NCBI RefSeq assembly: GCF_009914755.1
Contig: NC_060941.1
DNA length: 64,000 nucleotides
Strand: one strand, 5' to 3'
DNA from: the human T2T-CHM13v2.0 reference genome, Homo sapiens
Position numbers and translations under genes: made by a program. Of the stretch, positions 62,557 through 64,000 are shown in pieces. The notes beneath the pieces are model-generated. The model saw only the letters and a program-made list of their open reading frames with translations. It did not search any database and was not told the DNA's origin. Each line of letters opens with the position of its first letter. Within the stretch, counting starts at the first letter, position 1.

Positions 62557-62845
62557 GGCCAGGCATCGTGGCTCACGCCTGTAAAAATCCCAGCTCTCTG
62601 GGAGGCTGAGGCAGGAGGATCACCTGAGTCTAGAAGTTCAAGACCAGCATGGGAAAGATGGCGAAACCCCGTCTCTACAAAAAATTAGTCAGACATGGTG
62701 GCGCACACCTGTAGTCCCAGCTACCCAGGAGGCTGAGGTGGGAGAATCACTTGATTCCAGGAGGCAGAGGTTGCACTGAGCTGAGATCACGCCACTGCAC
62801 TACAGCCTGGGCAACCGAGCGAGACCCAGCTTAAAAAGAAAAAAA
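62557..62845 (+). mobile_element. Alu (AluJ-type)
   Basis: Dimer with (GA)n tail. Confidence 0.92.
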
Positions 62846-62924
62846 GAGAGAGAGAGAGAGACCGCAAATACTCTCCCTCTCCTACCTGCTCACCCAACTC
62901 GAGCTTCGTGGGCATCACCGCCAT

Positions 62925-63595
<671 letters not shown>

Positions 63596-63682
63596 AAGGG
63601 AGGGAGGGAAAGGAAAGAGTTTTTGGTTGACCAAGGTACAGTAAATAAGATCAGGTCCCTTCATTTTATACTTTTTTCAAGG

Positions 63683-63985
<303 letters not shown>

Positions 63986-64000
63986 AAAGTTCTTTTACAG

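Overview
Primate (almost certainly human) non-coding, Alu-dense DNA, either intronic or intergenic. I could not identify the locus. I see no supportable protein-coding exon, structural RNA gene or CRISPR array. The ORF track is made of Alu-derived frames, low-complexity frames and short chance frames. The window holds about 48 Alus (roughly 2:1 on the + strand), old L1/HAL1/L2/MIR fragments, six solo ERV LTRs (MER34-, MER4-, MER41B-, LTR27-, LTR32- and MER66-like), several MLT1 LTRs, MER3/MER5/Tigger4-type DNA transposons, and simple or minisatellite repeats. Repeat subfamily names come from recalled consensus sequences, not a database search, and boundaries are approximate unless a TSD is quoted. 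I did not find a convincing new gene system. The most unusual signal is four separate 65-200 bp insertions, each interrupting an older repeat and each copied from DNA about 0.9-1.2 kb away (one inverted, some with flanking direct repeats or microhomology). There is also a 125 bp nested fold-back hairpin. Together these look like fossil templated-insertion or template-switch repair events. Also notable are a full-length MER41B with two intact GAS (STAT) motifs, a higher-order VNTR inside an ERVL LTR, and apparent gene conversion between two neighbouring Alus.
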